From Zancudomyces culisetae HAW-14-8 (taxonomy: Eukaryota; Fungi; Kickxellomycota), in contig JBNJNM010000021.1 of assembly GCA_052426225.1 (NCBI GenBank), forward strand, positions 744,001 to 808,000: a DNA stretch of 64,000 bases, in the 5' to 3' direction. The notes beneath the pieces were generated by a model that saw only the letters and a list, made by a program, of their open reading frames with translations, was not told the DNA's origin and ran no database searches. The position numbers were made by a program, and so were the translations under genes. Positions 14,815 to 28,351 of the stretch are shown piece after piece (the stretch's first letter is position 1; each line of letters begins with the position of its first letter).

Positions 14815-15314
14815 ACCATTGGTGCCGCGTTTATACATTTGAAACCATTAATTTGGTTTTCAAACCCGAAACATGCTCTTAGAAAATGTCAGCACCAAAA
14901 TTTTAGAGAGTTTAATTAGATATTTTTGGCCTAAACAGTTTCGGTATAATGTTTCTTATTTTGTTTAAACGAATTAACGAGTTTGTTGACATTATTTTGC
15001 AGGCTTTATTCTTGCCTCCTTTCAGACTATTATATGCCTGTTTACGTATTCTTACGGGCTTTGGACTTGGATTTAAAAATAAAAGTTTCGTGGATTAACG
15101 GGTAAAATATCTTCATAAAAAAGTCCATTCCAGCCTTTCCAATGGCAGACCAATAGCTTGTACATGTTTCGATCGAACCGATCAAGCGAACTGAATATTT
15201 TTAAGAGCAACTTATATCCATACTGCCAAATACCTACTTTCTTCTTTTTTCAACCTCCACACCCTAGCCCTGTGTTTACCAAAACGAAAAAAGAAGGCTG
15301 TGGGAAAAAAGCAG

Positions 15315-16058
15315 CTAGCTATTTGAATTTTGAACAAGTTCACCAAAGATAATGTCAAGAGCACACCGCACAAGATCGAGTACTTGTTTTCTGGAAACAT
15401 TTATAAAGTTTATTTCTCCCTCGCTGGTATTCAACTTGCAACTCTTGAGGTACTCTGTATAATTGCGCCAAACAACTGATTCAAAATATTGTGGAGGCTC
15501 TTGTAAAAAAAACCTCTCATCGAATTTATCTGACCCGGCCTTTACCATTTCACATTCCCTTTCCTTTCTTCTGCTTTTAAGCATTTCAAATTCGCATTCC
15601 AAAAACAGTCTAGTGTCAAAAACATCCATAATTTCTTTTTGGAAAACGCAGATTCCTTCAACCACCAAATATCTATGAGGTCCGTACCTAGATATCAATT
15701 CTTTACACATTTTTTCAGCATCGGCTTTAAGGTGCCCATATTCTCTTGTGCTTAGCTCCATTTCTATTTGCTTGCTGTCAATTGCCCACATAGAGGCTAA
15801 TTGATCTTTATCGTTAAGCTCATCTTGCCCCTTAGTAAATTTTAAAATGTCATTTACCATTTCATCCGTTTCAAACGAGCCAAGGGTGTCATAGTCTTTG
15901 AGTCCTGTTTCACGGTCGATTGGGATATGCATTTCATCTTTGTAGTATGAATCTTGACTGAGTATGCTACAATTACCCAAGAGCTTCTTCAGCATTATCG
16001 ATAGAGTGGTCTTTCCCGAACATGATGGGCCACTTATTCCTATAACTATGGTTTTCAT
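15315..16058 (-). CDS. NRK1: Nicotinamide riboside kinase-like P-loop kinase
   Basis: Intronless 247-aa ORF with IGISGPSCSGKTTL Walker A, QDSYYK, VVEG and the EPPQYFESVVW motif typical of NRK. Confidence 0.75.
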   Translation of the reverse strand: MKTIVIGISGPSCSGKTTLSIMLKKLLGNCSILSQDSYYKDEMHIPIDRETGLKDYDTLGSFETDEMVNDILKFTKGQDELNDKDQLASMWAIDSKQIEMELSTREYGHLKADAEKMCKELISRYGPHRYLVVEGICVFQKEIMDVFDTRLFLECEFEMLKSRRKERECEMVKAGSDKFDERFFLQEPPQYFESVVWRNYTEYLKSCKLNTSEGEINFINVSRKQVLDLVRCALDIIFGELVQNSNS

Positions 16059-16822
16059 TCCCTCTCACACCTTTTTACCCGCTTGTTCCCAGTTTAGAAT
16101 CATGAATAATTTTCTCTAGTTAACAGTTTAACCACACATTTGTGTCTTATTGAAGAATTTTTTTAATGCTTTTCTGGTTTTAAATCGACTTTTTGGTGAG
16201 GTTTAGAGATATGATTGGGCTAACTCCAGAAGAATCCTTAAACTGAAAACTTGATTTAAATCGCAATCCTAAAAAAATTGAATAAAGCCCACGAAACTAT
16301 TTTGAGAGCTAGATGACTGTATTTTCAAAGTTTATTGTACTTTTACCTTGTGCCTGCCTAAAAACTTATAAGGGTCAGCAGTAAGTCATAGGAATAAAAT
16401 AAAGCTATAAAGGAATTTTTTTTTTGGAAGCCAAGTACTAAAGCTGTAGGAAAATAGAAGAGAAAAACCTACACAGCGAGGATTTAACACGCTATTTGTT
16501 CAAGCTGAAGTTCACACATCATCATTTGTAAACCACCTCGATACTCTTCCGGAGCAATAATAAGAGGTGTGACATCTTTTTATACACACTTATACTTTCT
16601 CAAAGCTTTTTTCATTTCACCGAAACAAACACGAGTTAACCAAGCAATATCACGACACCAACTAGCTTTGTTTCCAGCATTTTTCATCATAGATGGTACA
16701 CCTTTCAAAGGATATTATCTATTTATATCAAATCAAACACTAAACCCAAGAAAATTCAGCGAGCTGAAAAATGAGCAAAATTTTTAAAAGCAATACGTAG
16801 AAACTGTTTATTCCATGATATA

Positions 16823-19800
16823 CTAGCAGATGGTTGGCATAGCTGCCTCTATGCGAAAAGGAACACACGCTTCGTTGTTCATACCATTCAGTTGCATTTT
16901 GTTACCAAATTTGTATCTGTTACTTGGAAGAACGAGCTATTTTTGTATCATATTGTTACGATTAAATAAAAGAAAAATTCCATATAAATGTGGCAAAAAC
17001 AGGGTTTGAGTGATTCTTGCCACTTTTTTCATCTCGATCTTTTCCATTTGTCATTATTATCATTAACATTATTTTTACAGAAAAAAAAAGCTTGAAAAAT
17101 TTGCTGGATTATGTGGTAGTAAAAAACTAAAAATTGTACACAAAACAGATACTCACCAGGTTCGAGATAGACATATTAAATCTACAGCCTACGAGATCTG
17201 AAAAAAGCTTCATGTATTCAGCACACGAGGATGTTCCATCTACAAAGTCCCTGGGTGACATACATAGCATTGACTAGTGCACAGTACAAACAGAAAATAA
17301 ATAAGACTCAGTACATATATTTCACACATATACATATCAGGATAATGAGAAAGGATAAGCACAGTAGTGGCAATAGCAACAAGAAATGTATAAATGAAAA
17401 GAGTTACATTTGCGGCATGGGGATTACACCTCATCCACACACAACTAGACCCATCTTCTACTTTAAGCTCAATGTTGAATTGATACGAGGTATCCTTAGT
17501 AGTTATTTGATCTTCATCGCTAGGACATTTTGGGCACTTGTAAAGGTTTTTTGTTTGAGTTTCTTGGTTGCGCTCGACCGGATTCATACAAAATTTATCT
17601 GTGGTGTACAATATAACGGTGAAATATAAATACGTACACATGTATGTATTATAACAAAGCAGCAATTATGCATAAATATTGAAATGTAGAATAAAGTCGC
17701 GTTGATGCTGAGACACTTACGTGTATTGATGAGGAAGTTGCTGCACTTATAATCAAACCTACGACTATCACTTGAATCTATGGTTTTATGAAGTGTAGAG
17801 GGTCTAATATCTCTGATATATCCAGAGATAAACCCAGACTCTTTTTCAAAGATCTCTGAGATAAACGAGGTATCTCTTAGCGGCAAAGAAGATAGCAGCC
17901 CGGATAGCGTATTTATGACATACATGTATGATCCCTGCTCATAACCAGCATTGACATAAACGATGCCATCTTTAATAATTGTAGCCAACCCACCTATCAG
18001 GACAGTTTGGCCAATATATAGCTGTGCTGCCTGAGCAGAGATGGCATCCCAAAAAGTAATATCACATGTACCTAGTAATAGTATAAATTAGTGAATGTTC
18101 GCTTTGTAACAAACTTTGCAGTTTTGATGCTTATTTAAGAAAAAAGATATATTATTACCTGATTCATCGGCAACTTTTACTGCAACAACAGTTCTTTTTT
18201 CATAGTTCAACTCGCGAACGATCTATAGTTATATAAAAAATGAAGTTGGTACAAATCCTCGGTACAAAGTTACTATTTTCCTAGGTAGATCCATTTTTAA
18301 CAAACATATATCAGAATAAATTACAGTGTTGCTGATCCCGACAACATGGCAGAGTAATGAAAAGTTTTTCATTCCGGGATACAGATCCTGTATGGCAATC
18401 CTACTCCTCTAAGGGTTAAGCTTGTTTAATCCAAAATGCGCGTATGATAGAAAAGCAGAACTAATAAGTTTGTATCTGCATTATTCACTTTGGTGCAAAC
18501 ACTTGGTGTATTTACGAACATGTGAATAGTAATAATGAACAAACATGAGAGGTAATAAAACTATCTTACGTTCATTGCCTCACTATTGTCCAGCCCAATA
18601 GTATCGCTATTTGCGGATTCGCTTCTGTTGAACTAGAAATATTATATTTTTATGTAAAACCATCTTGATCAAAATAATATTTAAAACAACCGTCCCAGTA
18701 CTTAGTGTAGCGTAAAAGCAATAATTTATACAGACAACCAGGAATAAAGTACAGAATAATTATTACCTTTAGGGTGTGTTTATCTAGCGCAAAAATAACC
18801 GAATCGTCCATTAGCTGAAGCTGGAACTTGTATACTTTCTCAATACTCCCAGAAGATAAGTTTTTTGATTTTGAATTGCAAACACCAATGTAATCACCCT
18901 AATAAAAAAATTGTGTTCAGATGGTGTGGATGGAGACGAATAAAAGCCGTGAATCTTTTCAATTAAACATTGAAGCTGGAATTTTAATAGAAGCAGAATT
19001 CTTACCAGCATATATGAATAACTGATAGGTAAATTAAGTAATATATTTATTAATTACCATATTAAAGAGCGATGCGTAAATCATGTCCGGTCCATAAAGT
19101 TCAAGCTCATAGGTAATTATTTCTCCAAACTCATTGAACTTTTCGCCAATAACCACTTTTACATCCTTTGTTGTATAAAATGGTTGCTGATCGATAGAAC
19201 TATACCCCATATTGTTCAAAGCACCTTGTGTCTCTAATGTTAGTGGAGCATCATCAGCAGGATACATAGTGCGTGTGTCAATTCGCTTAATCAAAAAAAA
19301 GTGATTCCCTGCATCGACGCTGGGTACTTTAGATAATGGCGATTGTGTAAAAGCGTTGAAATTGTAGTTCCAAACTGAATCAAATTCATGGAAAATAAAC
19401 CCTAAATCCGAATACTTAGAGGCTGGAATTAACACAGCGTCTTTAATCTTAAAATCAAAGTGATGCTCGTTTATCTCGCTTTCTGTATTTTGGTTTGTGA
19501 TCAGGACACTTTCATGACGCTCAATGTTTACACTAGGATTTAGTAGCACATCTGTAGGCACATCTAATATGATTACAGTCTTTGCACCTGGTATAATTCG
19601 CTTGATTTTTATGTCATTTAAATGCGATAACGAAGGGATGGGTGTGGAAGTTTGAATCTGGGTCATTCTGACCTTTCTCTATTATTGGTTGCAGAATCAT
19701 TACTACATGTTAGTTATAATAGCCCATTGATAAAAATATGTAAAAAGCAGTGTAAATCCAGAGAGAAGAAAATTTTCCACTGCCCACTCGGTAAGTGCTG

Positions 19801-20773
19801 CCGATCATATATTCTCAAAGTGGAGTATTTTAAATGATTACATTTTGTTGAAATATCCAAGCTGACTTGCTATCTTCTAGAAAATCCCAGTACTTATCAT
19901 CAGTATAACAATCGATCTCAACTGAACTCTGATGCTTTCTCGATGGATCGACGCTTTCCGAGCTCGCCAAGGTCCAAAACCGTATTTACAGAAAAACAAA
20001 AAAGTAATATAAGTATATAATATAGGTATGTTGCATTCAATTAGGGATACGTAATAAATATATATTATCATTAGTCATTTTGCTAAAGATAAGTAAAAGA
20101 AAGTTAATCAAATCAGTAGACAGATACTTATATATTCTGGAATTTTTTCTTTTATGGCTTCTTGTGATACACAGCTCAAAAAACTTGTCATATACTTTTG
20201 TTGAGTTGAGAATATGGATCGGATGTGTATAATCTTTCGTCGATATATACCGGAGGGAAAAATCAAAAGATATTTACTGTTGAAAATCAAATAGGCAAAC
20301 AAAACGGCAAAAAGAGACAAATATAGAAGGTAGCAATAAAAAGTAGTAAATACATACATGTCCTTGTTCCCTTGCTGCTTGCTGAATGTTCGATCTATAT
20401 ACCAGAAAACTGCGTGTATTACATTCCAGCCACAACATTAAAACTCCAACTAAGACGAAGCATAAACTTACAATTATCTGTAACTCAGTGAGTAAAATAG
20501 CCATGGTAATCCCTGTCCCATTCTTGTTCAGAATTTTGCAAACATTAGCACATAGATTTCCCCTGGTGAGTTTATACCCAAATATACATTAGTACGGTTT
20601 TTCGTCACTACTACACCACTAGGAGTTATTCTAGAATGAATAGGAATGTACAAAAGTAATACTTACCACCAAAGCTCACTGTATTTCCTATTATATCTAT
20701 CTTTCCCCCCATTTAGTCCTAGAATTTCAAGAAGCTTTTTTTCAACAGTAGCAACTAAATTTATAAACTCCAT
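16823..20773 (-). CDS. Multi-OB-fold ssDNA-binding-like protein (CDC24_OB1/2/3-type) with C-terminal Zn-ribbon; many short exons
   Basis: Manual splicing links ORFs 20663-20872, 20274-20504, 19034-19666, 17584-17988 and 17240-17665 plus small exons. Motifs: WWGNLCANVCKIL...GITMAILLTELQ; IDCYTDDKYWDFLE; IQDLYPGMKNFSL; VKVADESGTCDITFWD...LYIGQTVLIGGL; HKFC...YKCPKC; LKVEDGSSCVW. Ends FRIEAAMPTIC*. Family assignment is from remembered motif similarity. Confidence 0.7.
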
Positions 20774-21113
20774 TATATAGCCTCTTTTGTTTTGATGAAA
20801 AAAGTTGGTGAATGTTGTGCTAAATAAACAATCATTGTTGGAATTTTTTTTTCTTTTACCTCCAGCTGACATCCATTCGCATATATTTGCGTAATATCTG
20901 GAAATTGGCGAATTGTAACCGCAAAAAAAATAAAATTAAATAGTTAATATAAGGATAAAAGTATCAGCATCTAAAGAACCAAAAGTAAAAGAGAAAAAAA
21001 CTAGGTTGCTAAAAAAAATTTAGTAAAAACAGAGAATAAAACAATCATATATATAAAACCTCAACAATATAAAACACAGTAGCACAAGGTGGTACAATAT
21101 AGCGTAAGAAATA

Positions 21114-23689
21114 ATGGATGATAATCAGGAAAATCTGGCGCAGTTTGTTGAACTAACTGGAGCTAGCTTAGAGCAGGCGAAAAACTACTTGCAGGTATGT
21201 GCAGGAAAAAATGGGACCTATATTACTATTGAACGAGTGTATCAAGACATCAAAATTAAAAATTCGGGTCTATGACGAGTTTTAACACCATAGTTACGTG
21301 TGCATACTTGCAAATTAAATTAATAGCCATACTTTTATTTGGCCAAATAGATATCAGAAGGAAATGTAGAGAATGCCATTAGTCTATATTGGGATTCAGA
21401 CGGGAGACTAATAAACACTAACCAGGCGGCAGGGTCAAGCGCGAGTGCAACCGCAGCTACGAATACAGTCAACACAGGTAGTAGCAACAACATCGACGCA
21501 TTAGCGGCGAATTCTTCGGGGCTAGGAGATTCAACTGGATACAATTCACAGTACAGAAGTGGCATATACCAGGACGAGGATGAGGTTAGAGCGCCAATTG
21601 CCTCTAAGAGGGATGTGTTGGTTGGGGGCGATGACTTGAATTATGGCGAATTTCAAAGCTGTGAGTTTTCCTACATTTATTTGACTTTTTTCCTTATACA
21701 TCTTGTCGAATTGACCATAACATTTAGTTTTGTTTGCCTGCGACCAGAAAATCAACGATTAAAAGAAAGAAGAATTTATGCAACTAGATGGAGCCCGGAA
21801 CTATTTTGGTAGAGGTACAGGTAGCGGATTTGGGGGGAGGACAGGAAGAGAAGCAATGATGGATCCGTTCAGAAACTTTGAACAAGAGACTATGGGTTAT
21901 GGTAATAAATTTGAAATATCCTATGGATTGAAACAAGCTATTTCACAGCTTTAAAAATAATGGTACACATTTTGATAGACAGAGAGGGTAGCGGAGATGA
22001 AAATAGGCGGGAACCAAGCAACCTGAGCGATCTGTTTCGACCGCCAATAGACCTTACATATAAGGGAGATTTGGAAAATGTAAGTAATAGACGCCTATAG
22101 GTAGAAGGAGAGAGAGCGAAGGGGAGGTGGTTGTAGTAGTATATTTTCAATAGACCTACTGAAGATTGAGGAGAAGTTGGTGCACACTGTATATCTGGTG
22201 TGGAGTTGGTCTTTAAAAGGAATAGCAATTAGGATTCATGAGCACATGCGATAGATATAAAAAGAAAAATGTACTAAAATTAGGCCATTGAATACGCCAA
22301 AAGTAAACGACGATATTTGATAGTAAACATACAGAGTATTACCGACTTTGAGAGTCAAGTATTGAACCGCGATTTATGGAGCGACACAACACTCAAAGAA
22401 GTGATAAAAGAGAATTATGTGTTTTGTCAGTATATGTCGCAAACTGATTCAGCAGAACAGATCAGACAATACTATACTGTTAGGAGTTTGCCCTATATAG
22501 CGATAATTGATCCAAGAACAGGTTTGGCTTTAATAATATTAAGACATGCGATAATTTTCTGGTACTTACTGTAAATTTTGAACTGTTGGACAAAACGGAT
22601 GAGGTGAACTATAAGTTGTACTTTTTAAACTACATGATAGGCGAAAGGATGAAGAGTTGGGGACCAAAGATAGATGCAACACTGGTTTTGAATCAAAGTA
22701 AGTGTGTGGGTTTTCAACATGTCATTTTCTGTTTTGTTGAAACTAGGATAGAATGGCAGCTGAGTATCGGTACAATATTTACTAAGCTAATTTGACACAA
22801 AAAAAAATAGTTTTGCAATTCATGTTTGATTATCCCTGGGATGCCGAAGTAGAGGTTGAACGACCAGAAACGAGCAATGAAGTAAAGGTTGGTAGTTGTG
22901 CTGTTTTTTTTATACACTCTTTTTCTTTTTAGTGTTAAATGGTAAATGAATGAAAATAGCGAAGGGAGAGCGAAAACAATTTACGAATGACAAAAAAGCC
23001 CAAGGTTGAAAATCAAAGCTATATAGAAATATCAGACGATGATGGATTTGAAGAGTACCATTCAGATTTGGCAAGCGAAAATCTTGATAATGAAGATGAA
23101 AGAGGGCGGGAGGAGCAAGTGGAGCAGGAATACAAGGCAAAGCTTGGGGCTGAAGCGGGAGAAAATGATGGGAATGTAGAAGAAACGGAGAACAAACAGG
23201 GTAAAAATGAAGAGGAGAAAGAGGGTGAGGAGCAAGATGAGGAAATGGAGGGGGATAGCAATGTATATAGAGATATCAGTCCACAAGAATACGTCGAACC
23301 ACTAGAGGCAGTTGTAAGAAGCAGCCCAGAAGAATATACGCGAATCCAGATTAGGTTTCCCAAAGGTGAGCCAAAAAGACGGGTGAACAGGTATAAGAAG
23401 AGCGAGCTGGTTAATCTGGTGATTGCCAATATCAAGTTCCAGATTGGACCAAACAACTATGACACACTTGAGGTAAGTTATGGCTACTGAACATTGCAAA
23501 TTGAAAGCATTTTATTTGGTATATTTAGAAAAAGAAAAATAAGCGAGTCACATAGAAAAAACAAACACTAATAACAAAAAATGAATAATAACCTAGGTGA
23601 CATTTAATCGGAAAAAACTGGGAGAAAGATTGGGTAAAACACTGGCAGAGGCAGATTTATGTAATTCAACAATTGATGTAGACTATTAG
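21114..23689 (+). CDS. UBX-domain Cdc48/p97 cofactor (UBA-UAS-UBX; Ubx5/UBXN7-like), ~9 exons
   Basis: N-terminal UBA-like (LAQFVELTGASLEQAKNYLQISEGNVENAISLYW), LSDLFRPP, UAS (VNIQSITDFESQVLNRDLWSD...LPYIAIIDPRTGERM) and UBX (TRIQIRFP...KTLAEADLCNSTI). All joins use GT-AG. Confidence 0.88.
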
Positions 23690-23774
23690 GTTTCAATAAG
23701 GTTAGAGGGAAAACTGATGATATTTGATCGTTTATCCATTTTTTTTTTGTTTAATTTTATTTTTTGCTGAACTT

Positions 23775-25738
23775 TTATTCAGTGGTTTTTAGTTCAGATT
23801 TTTTTGAAGTGGCGGCGACAATGTCATCGACCCTGAGCAATAAACAGGCAGCCTAAGTAATACAAATTGCAAAGATGTTTATAAATCAAAACGCATGGCA
23901 CATATATATGTATAAAAAACAAGTAAACAGAGCACAGATTAATTACCTCAATGGCGGTTTTGACGGTTTGCATTTTGACGGTGAAGGGCTCCCAAATTCC
24001 AAAAGTCTTCATATCAACAACCTTTCCAGTTTCTCCATCAACGCCCCAGGTATGCGAGCTTTGGGCCTGTTGGTCCTCCTCAGAGGATAGTACTTCAGAG
24101 TGTTTTGCACGGAGAGTGGTAAGGACCTTGATGGCATTTCCACCGCAGTTCTGAATAAGTGTACGAGGAATCACCTCCAGAGCTTCGGCAACACCCAAAA
24201 ATGGAAGTTGCTCGATGCCACTAATATCACTTGACTTGGATCTCTGTGTCAGCAAAACGGAAAGAGCCATTTCACTTGCTCCTCCACCTGGACACAACAA
24301 TGGGTTGAGCAGTACGTTTCTAGCAACGCTCATGGCATCTTGTAAATTGCGCTCAATCTCATTAAGAGTATCCTTTGATGGTCCTCTAAGCATAATTGTG
24401 CATGCCTTGGGGTTCTCGCACTCCTCAAGAAAAGTGAAATATTCATCACCAATCTTGCGCACCTCAAACAAACCGCATTTTGTTCCTACATCGGTGGGTT
24501 TCAAATCGCCGACCGTTGTAACAATTGTTGCACCCGTTGCCCGTGCCAACCGGTTATTGTCCATCTTCTTCAGTCTTCGAATCGCAGAGATTCCGTTTTT
24601 CACCAGGTAATGCTGCGCCAAATCAGATATTCCCTTTTCTGTAAATACTAGGTCAGGTTTGACTGATGCTATATGCTCACACATAATTCGTACCTGTTCC
24701 TCCTCAATCTCCAGGATTCTGCTCCAGTCGCTTTCCTTTGTTATTTCAATGTTTGTTTGACTTTCTCCCTTCTTATACTCCAATGAACAATCCAACAGGA
24801 CCACGCGTGGCTTTTCGATTCTTCTCCTCATCTGTGCGTGCACTACATCCTTGTTAAGCATTATTCCTTTTATCACTCGACTGTCTTCGATTTCTCCTCC
24901 AGGAACTTTCTCCACACGTGCGTATCGTTTAATATCTATCTGTGACTTATTCTTTGCCCCCACAACAATATCACTTTCCACCTCTTCTTCCTCTTCTTTA
25001 ACTATTTGTACTGCTTCCAATGCCATTCCACACATCAAGTCATTCCATCTCGATACAAACTTGGTTCCTATGCTTGTCTTTATCAATCCAAGCATTGCTT
25101 CTTCTGAAGTTGTGTCAACTGATATGCTTATCGATCTCAATATTTTTTCTGCCTCCTCAAGGGCTTTTCTATATCCAGAAAGTATCACCACAGGATGGAT
25201 ATTTCGTTCTAAAAATGGAGCTGCCACAGTGAGCATCTCTCCTGCCAAAACTATCACAGATGTGGTTCCATCTCCAACTTCTTCATCCTGTGTTCTGCTT
25301 AACTCTATTATTGTCTTGGCTGCTGGATGCACCGCTTCACATTCTCGCAGTATTGCGTGTCCATCGTTTGTCAATGTTATCCCGCCCATTGGATCTAACA
25401 ACATCTTCAACATTGCTCTTGGCCCTAGGCATGTTCTAACTATGTCTGCGATCGTCTATGTTTTATTATTCATTATCTTATTATCCACCATTATATGCGG
25501 CACTTTAGCTGTGGACCTTTACGAAAATCTTTGACAATTAATTAATTACCTTTGCAGCCGTAATGTTTGACATTTGGGCTTTTGGCCCAGATTCTCTTTG
25601 TTTGTTAGTATCTATATTGCGCATTAATATCGTTAAAAATGCCCGCTTTCATTTCTAGACCCTTTAAATACAATGCAAATATTCGGTTTTGGCTGTTTAA
25701 TATTGGTACTTACTTAAAACTATCACAGGTGAATTCAT
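23775..25738 (-). CDS. CCT3: T-complex protein 1 subunit gamma (CCT3), 4 exons
   Basis: MNSPVIVL|NTNKQRESGPKAQMSNITAAK|TIADIVRTCLGPRAMLKMLLDPMGGITLTNDGHAILRE...GDGTTSV...EYKKGESQT...TAIE|AACLLLRVDDIV. Confidence 0.96.
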
Positions 25739-26845
25739 TTTTCAATCTCGCTTGATGTATTTACAAATTCTAAGTTACTCTTAATAAGATCACTTGCCCG
25801 TATTCGTTGTATTTTATTTATTTATTTTGAATTTATAGTTGAATAGAACACTTGCACCGCAACTTTCCTGGATTTCCTGAGTTGTAAACAAAAAAAAATT
25901 TTTTATTTGCCTTTTGAAATTTGTATCCCCTCTCGCCCACCCTTTTGTATTATGTTTTTTTATTTTTTCTGAAGAAAATCGGTGCGTGAATTACTAAAAG
26001 AGGATCAAACATGGTTTATCACAATGATCCTTCTATAGAAAAAATATACCTTTAACCAAAAGGAATATACGCCTTAGTCATGTCATATATACAATAAGAT
26101 TGCATATAGGGGCTTCTATTTCGAGCTTTGATATAAAAGCGTACCACTTTCAGACTTTTCTAATCTTTTTTCTTGTTTATGGCTTTGCTTTACTTGGCAA
26201 GTCTCTGTTCTACAAGATTTTTGTGAGCATATTTAAGGAATTAGGACCCAGAACCTGCTACTGATTTTATTCATCTTTGTATCCGGGGAAGAGGAGAGAT
26301 CTGTTATTAGCGTCATGTATTCATGTTTTTTATCCGTGTGGTCATTTTATTTGGTGTAATAGAGTACAACTATAAAAACGCGAATCAAACAAAACACAGT
26401 CACACAACTATGGAATTCACAATAAAGTGCTAATATAATATTTTTATGAGATATTCTATATAGGAATTGAGAGTATCTATTGTTCATTCCATCATAAGCT
26501 CAGTTAATTTTAATATCAAAAAAAAATAACGGAGAGTTATTCCAGAAATACTGTTGATAGCAAAGTTTACACATTTTAAAACCGCAAGACAACCAAGATG
26601 AAGCACATATATTGGTTTTTTGGTATCTTTTTGCACTAAACGTCTGGGAGCACATCCAGAAAGATATGGTCAATGTAAACAACCAGTGTACATATACAAG
26701 CCAGATTCTGAAGCCATTATCGATGTCCGACTTCTCACACCTTATATCCTCCACCTCATAACAAAAAACATACCCATTCGTAGATTTGATTAAGGCGAAG
26801 AATACCATTCTGTTATACATTACGAATTTTCTGCCAGTTATGGGC

Positions 26846-27492
26846 CTATAATCTATGCTTAATTCTGTCATACAGGCGCCTATAACCCTCAGGAACACTC
26901 TTTGTTTCGAGCCCAGTGAGAAGGTCTTGAGCCAACCCAATTGAAGTGCCTCCTAATGTCCCCATAAAAACCAGTCGTTTAAAACTGGAAATTGGCAACC
27001 GTGCTATTTCAAATTATACCCGATTTTTCATATTAGAACTGTTGTTATTCTTGTCTTTGGCAGTAATATGCATTAAATCTCAGTATTATATATCTATTGT
27101 TTACCTATACTTGCACACATGAGTGAAGTTAAGAATCCCGAAAAAATCGAACTCAGTGAACACGAATAGCCAAAGTATTCCTTATCAATAGTCGCCTCTA
27201 AGCATTCATAAACTGCGGTAACTGCTCCTATCTTGAGCCCATAACTCGTAGCTTTTTTAATTCCGACGAGTATCATTCGGTAATTTTTCCATTTGTGGTA
27301 ATAGTACCAACCTGGAACAGTGGTTGGCAGATTGTGAGCCCTCTCGGCAAGGTATTGCCAACCTGCATTCCGAGCTCCGAGATACCCTCCTGCCACTGCA
27401 CCGCTAAACATCCCAGTCAATGAAACTACTGTTACTCTTCGTTGAGGCTCCATTCTAAATCTAATGAATGGGCTTTGTCCGCTTTCCTCCAT
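26846..27492 (-). CDS. Tim17/Tim22/Pmp24-like small membrane protein, 2 exons
   Basis: Exons 27492-27105 and 27003-26846. Gly-rich TM segments and YLAERAHNLPTTVPGWYYYHKWKNYR, a motif of a conserved fungal Tim17-like family. Confidence 0.7.
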
Positions 27493-28351
27493 TTTGCACT
27501 GACTTGTATACTGTTGATCAGAAAATGTATCGCCTTTGATTATCTGCACATTCACTGCTATTTTTATCTTTGTCTTTAAAAAAAAAAATTTTTTAAAACC
27601 TAGCTTCATTAGTTACTGGTAAACAGAAGCTCTGAAAATGTTACCAAGAATAGATCAGGATTTCCACTTAATCAGTCAACTATAGTGTGCAGTATAAGTT
27701 TCATTACATTAATAGACCCAAAGGTACAGACCAAATACTAAAACCTTCAATTCTATTATTTTGATGAAACTGTAGTGGAAATGCACAACCTTAAGAAAGT
27801 ATAAGTAGTGGAAAAAGAAAAAAGAAAAATCAAGATAATGACAGGGATGGTCTTACACATGTCACATAGTGTGTTATCATTGAAAAACCTAAAAAATAAC
27901 TAGTCGGACTTCCACATCCCTCTGAGCTGTTTTTTTATCAACCCTTCCTAGTATTCGGTAATTGTACATATGAAAAGACTCAATAAATATTCTTACGATG
28001 TATCTCTTGTATACATGCGTATTTGTTAGTATTACACTATACAACTGCGCTAAAAAAATGTTTACTATATGAGCAGTATATCAAAACACTTGTATTTTCC
28101 GAACATAAAGAGCTTGGAATGTATACCATAGATACTAAACTGGAAATTGGAGTTGAAGTGGAAACCGATTATGGGATTATAGTTTACAAACATCGTAAAG
28201 TTTACAATAAACAAACATAAATTATGCTAACAAATTAATTCTAAAAGAAAATAAATAAGAAACTGCTCTTATATCCTCACTCCCCCCCCCCCCTCTTTCC
28301 GTTCCTCTTCTGTGCTTTTTTTTTGCGAATATGTATTATAAATGCGTGTAA

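Noticed and set aside
23875-25534. Several + strand ORFs overlapping CCT3 (similarly those antisense to TOA1, UBX, bZIP and RQT4-like genes)
   Set aside because: Shadow ORFs of conserved coding strands with no recognisable domains.
26500-26940. 146-aa minus-strand ORF as an independent gene
   Set aside because: It starts at TTG inside exon 2 of the Tim17-like gene in another frame and has no recognisable motif. A small exon in its 3' half cannot be excluded.
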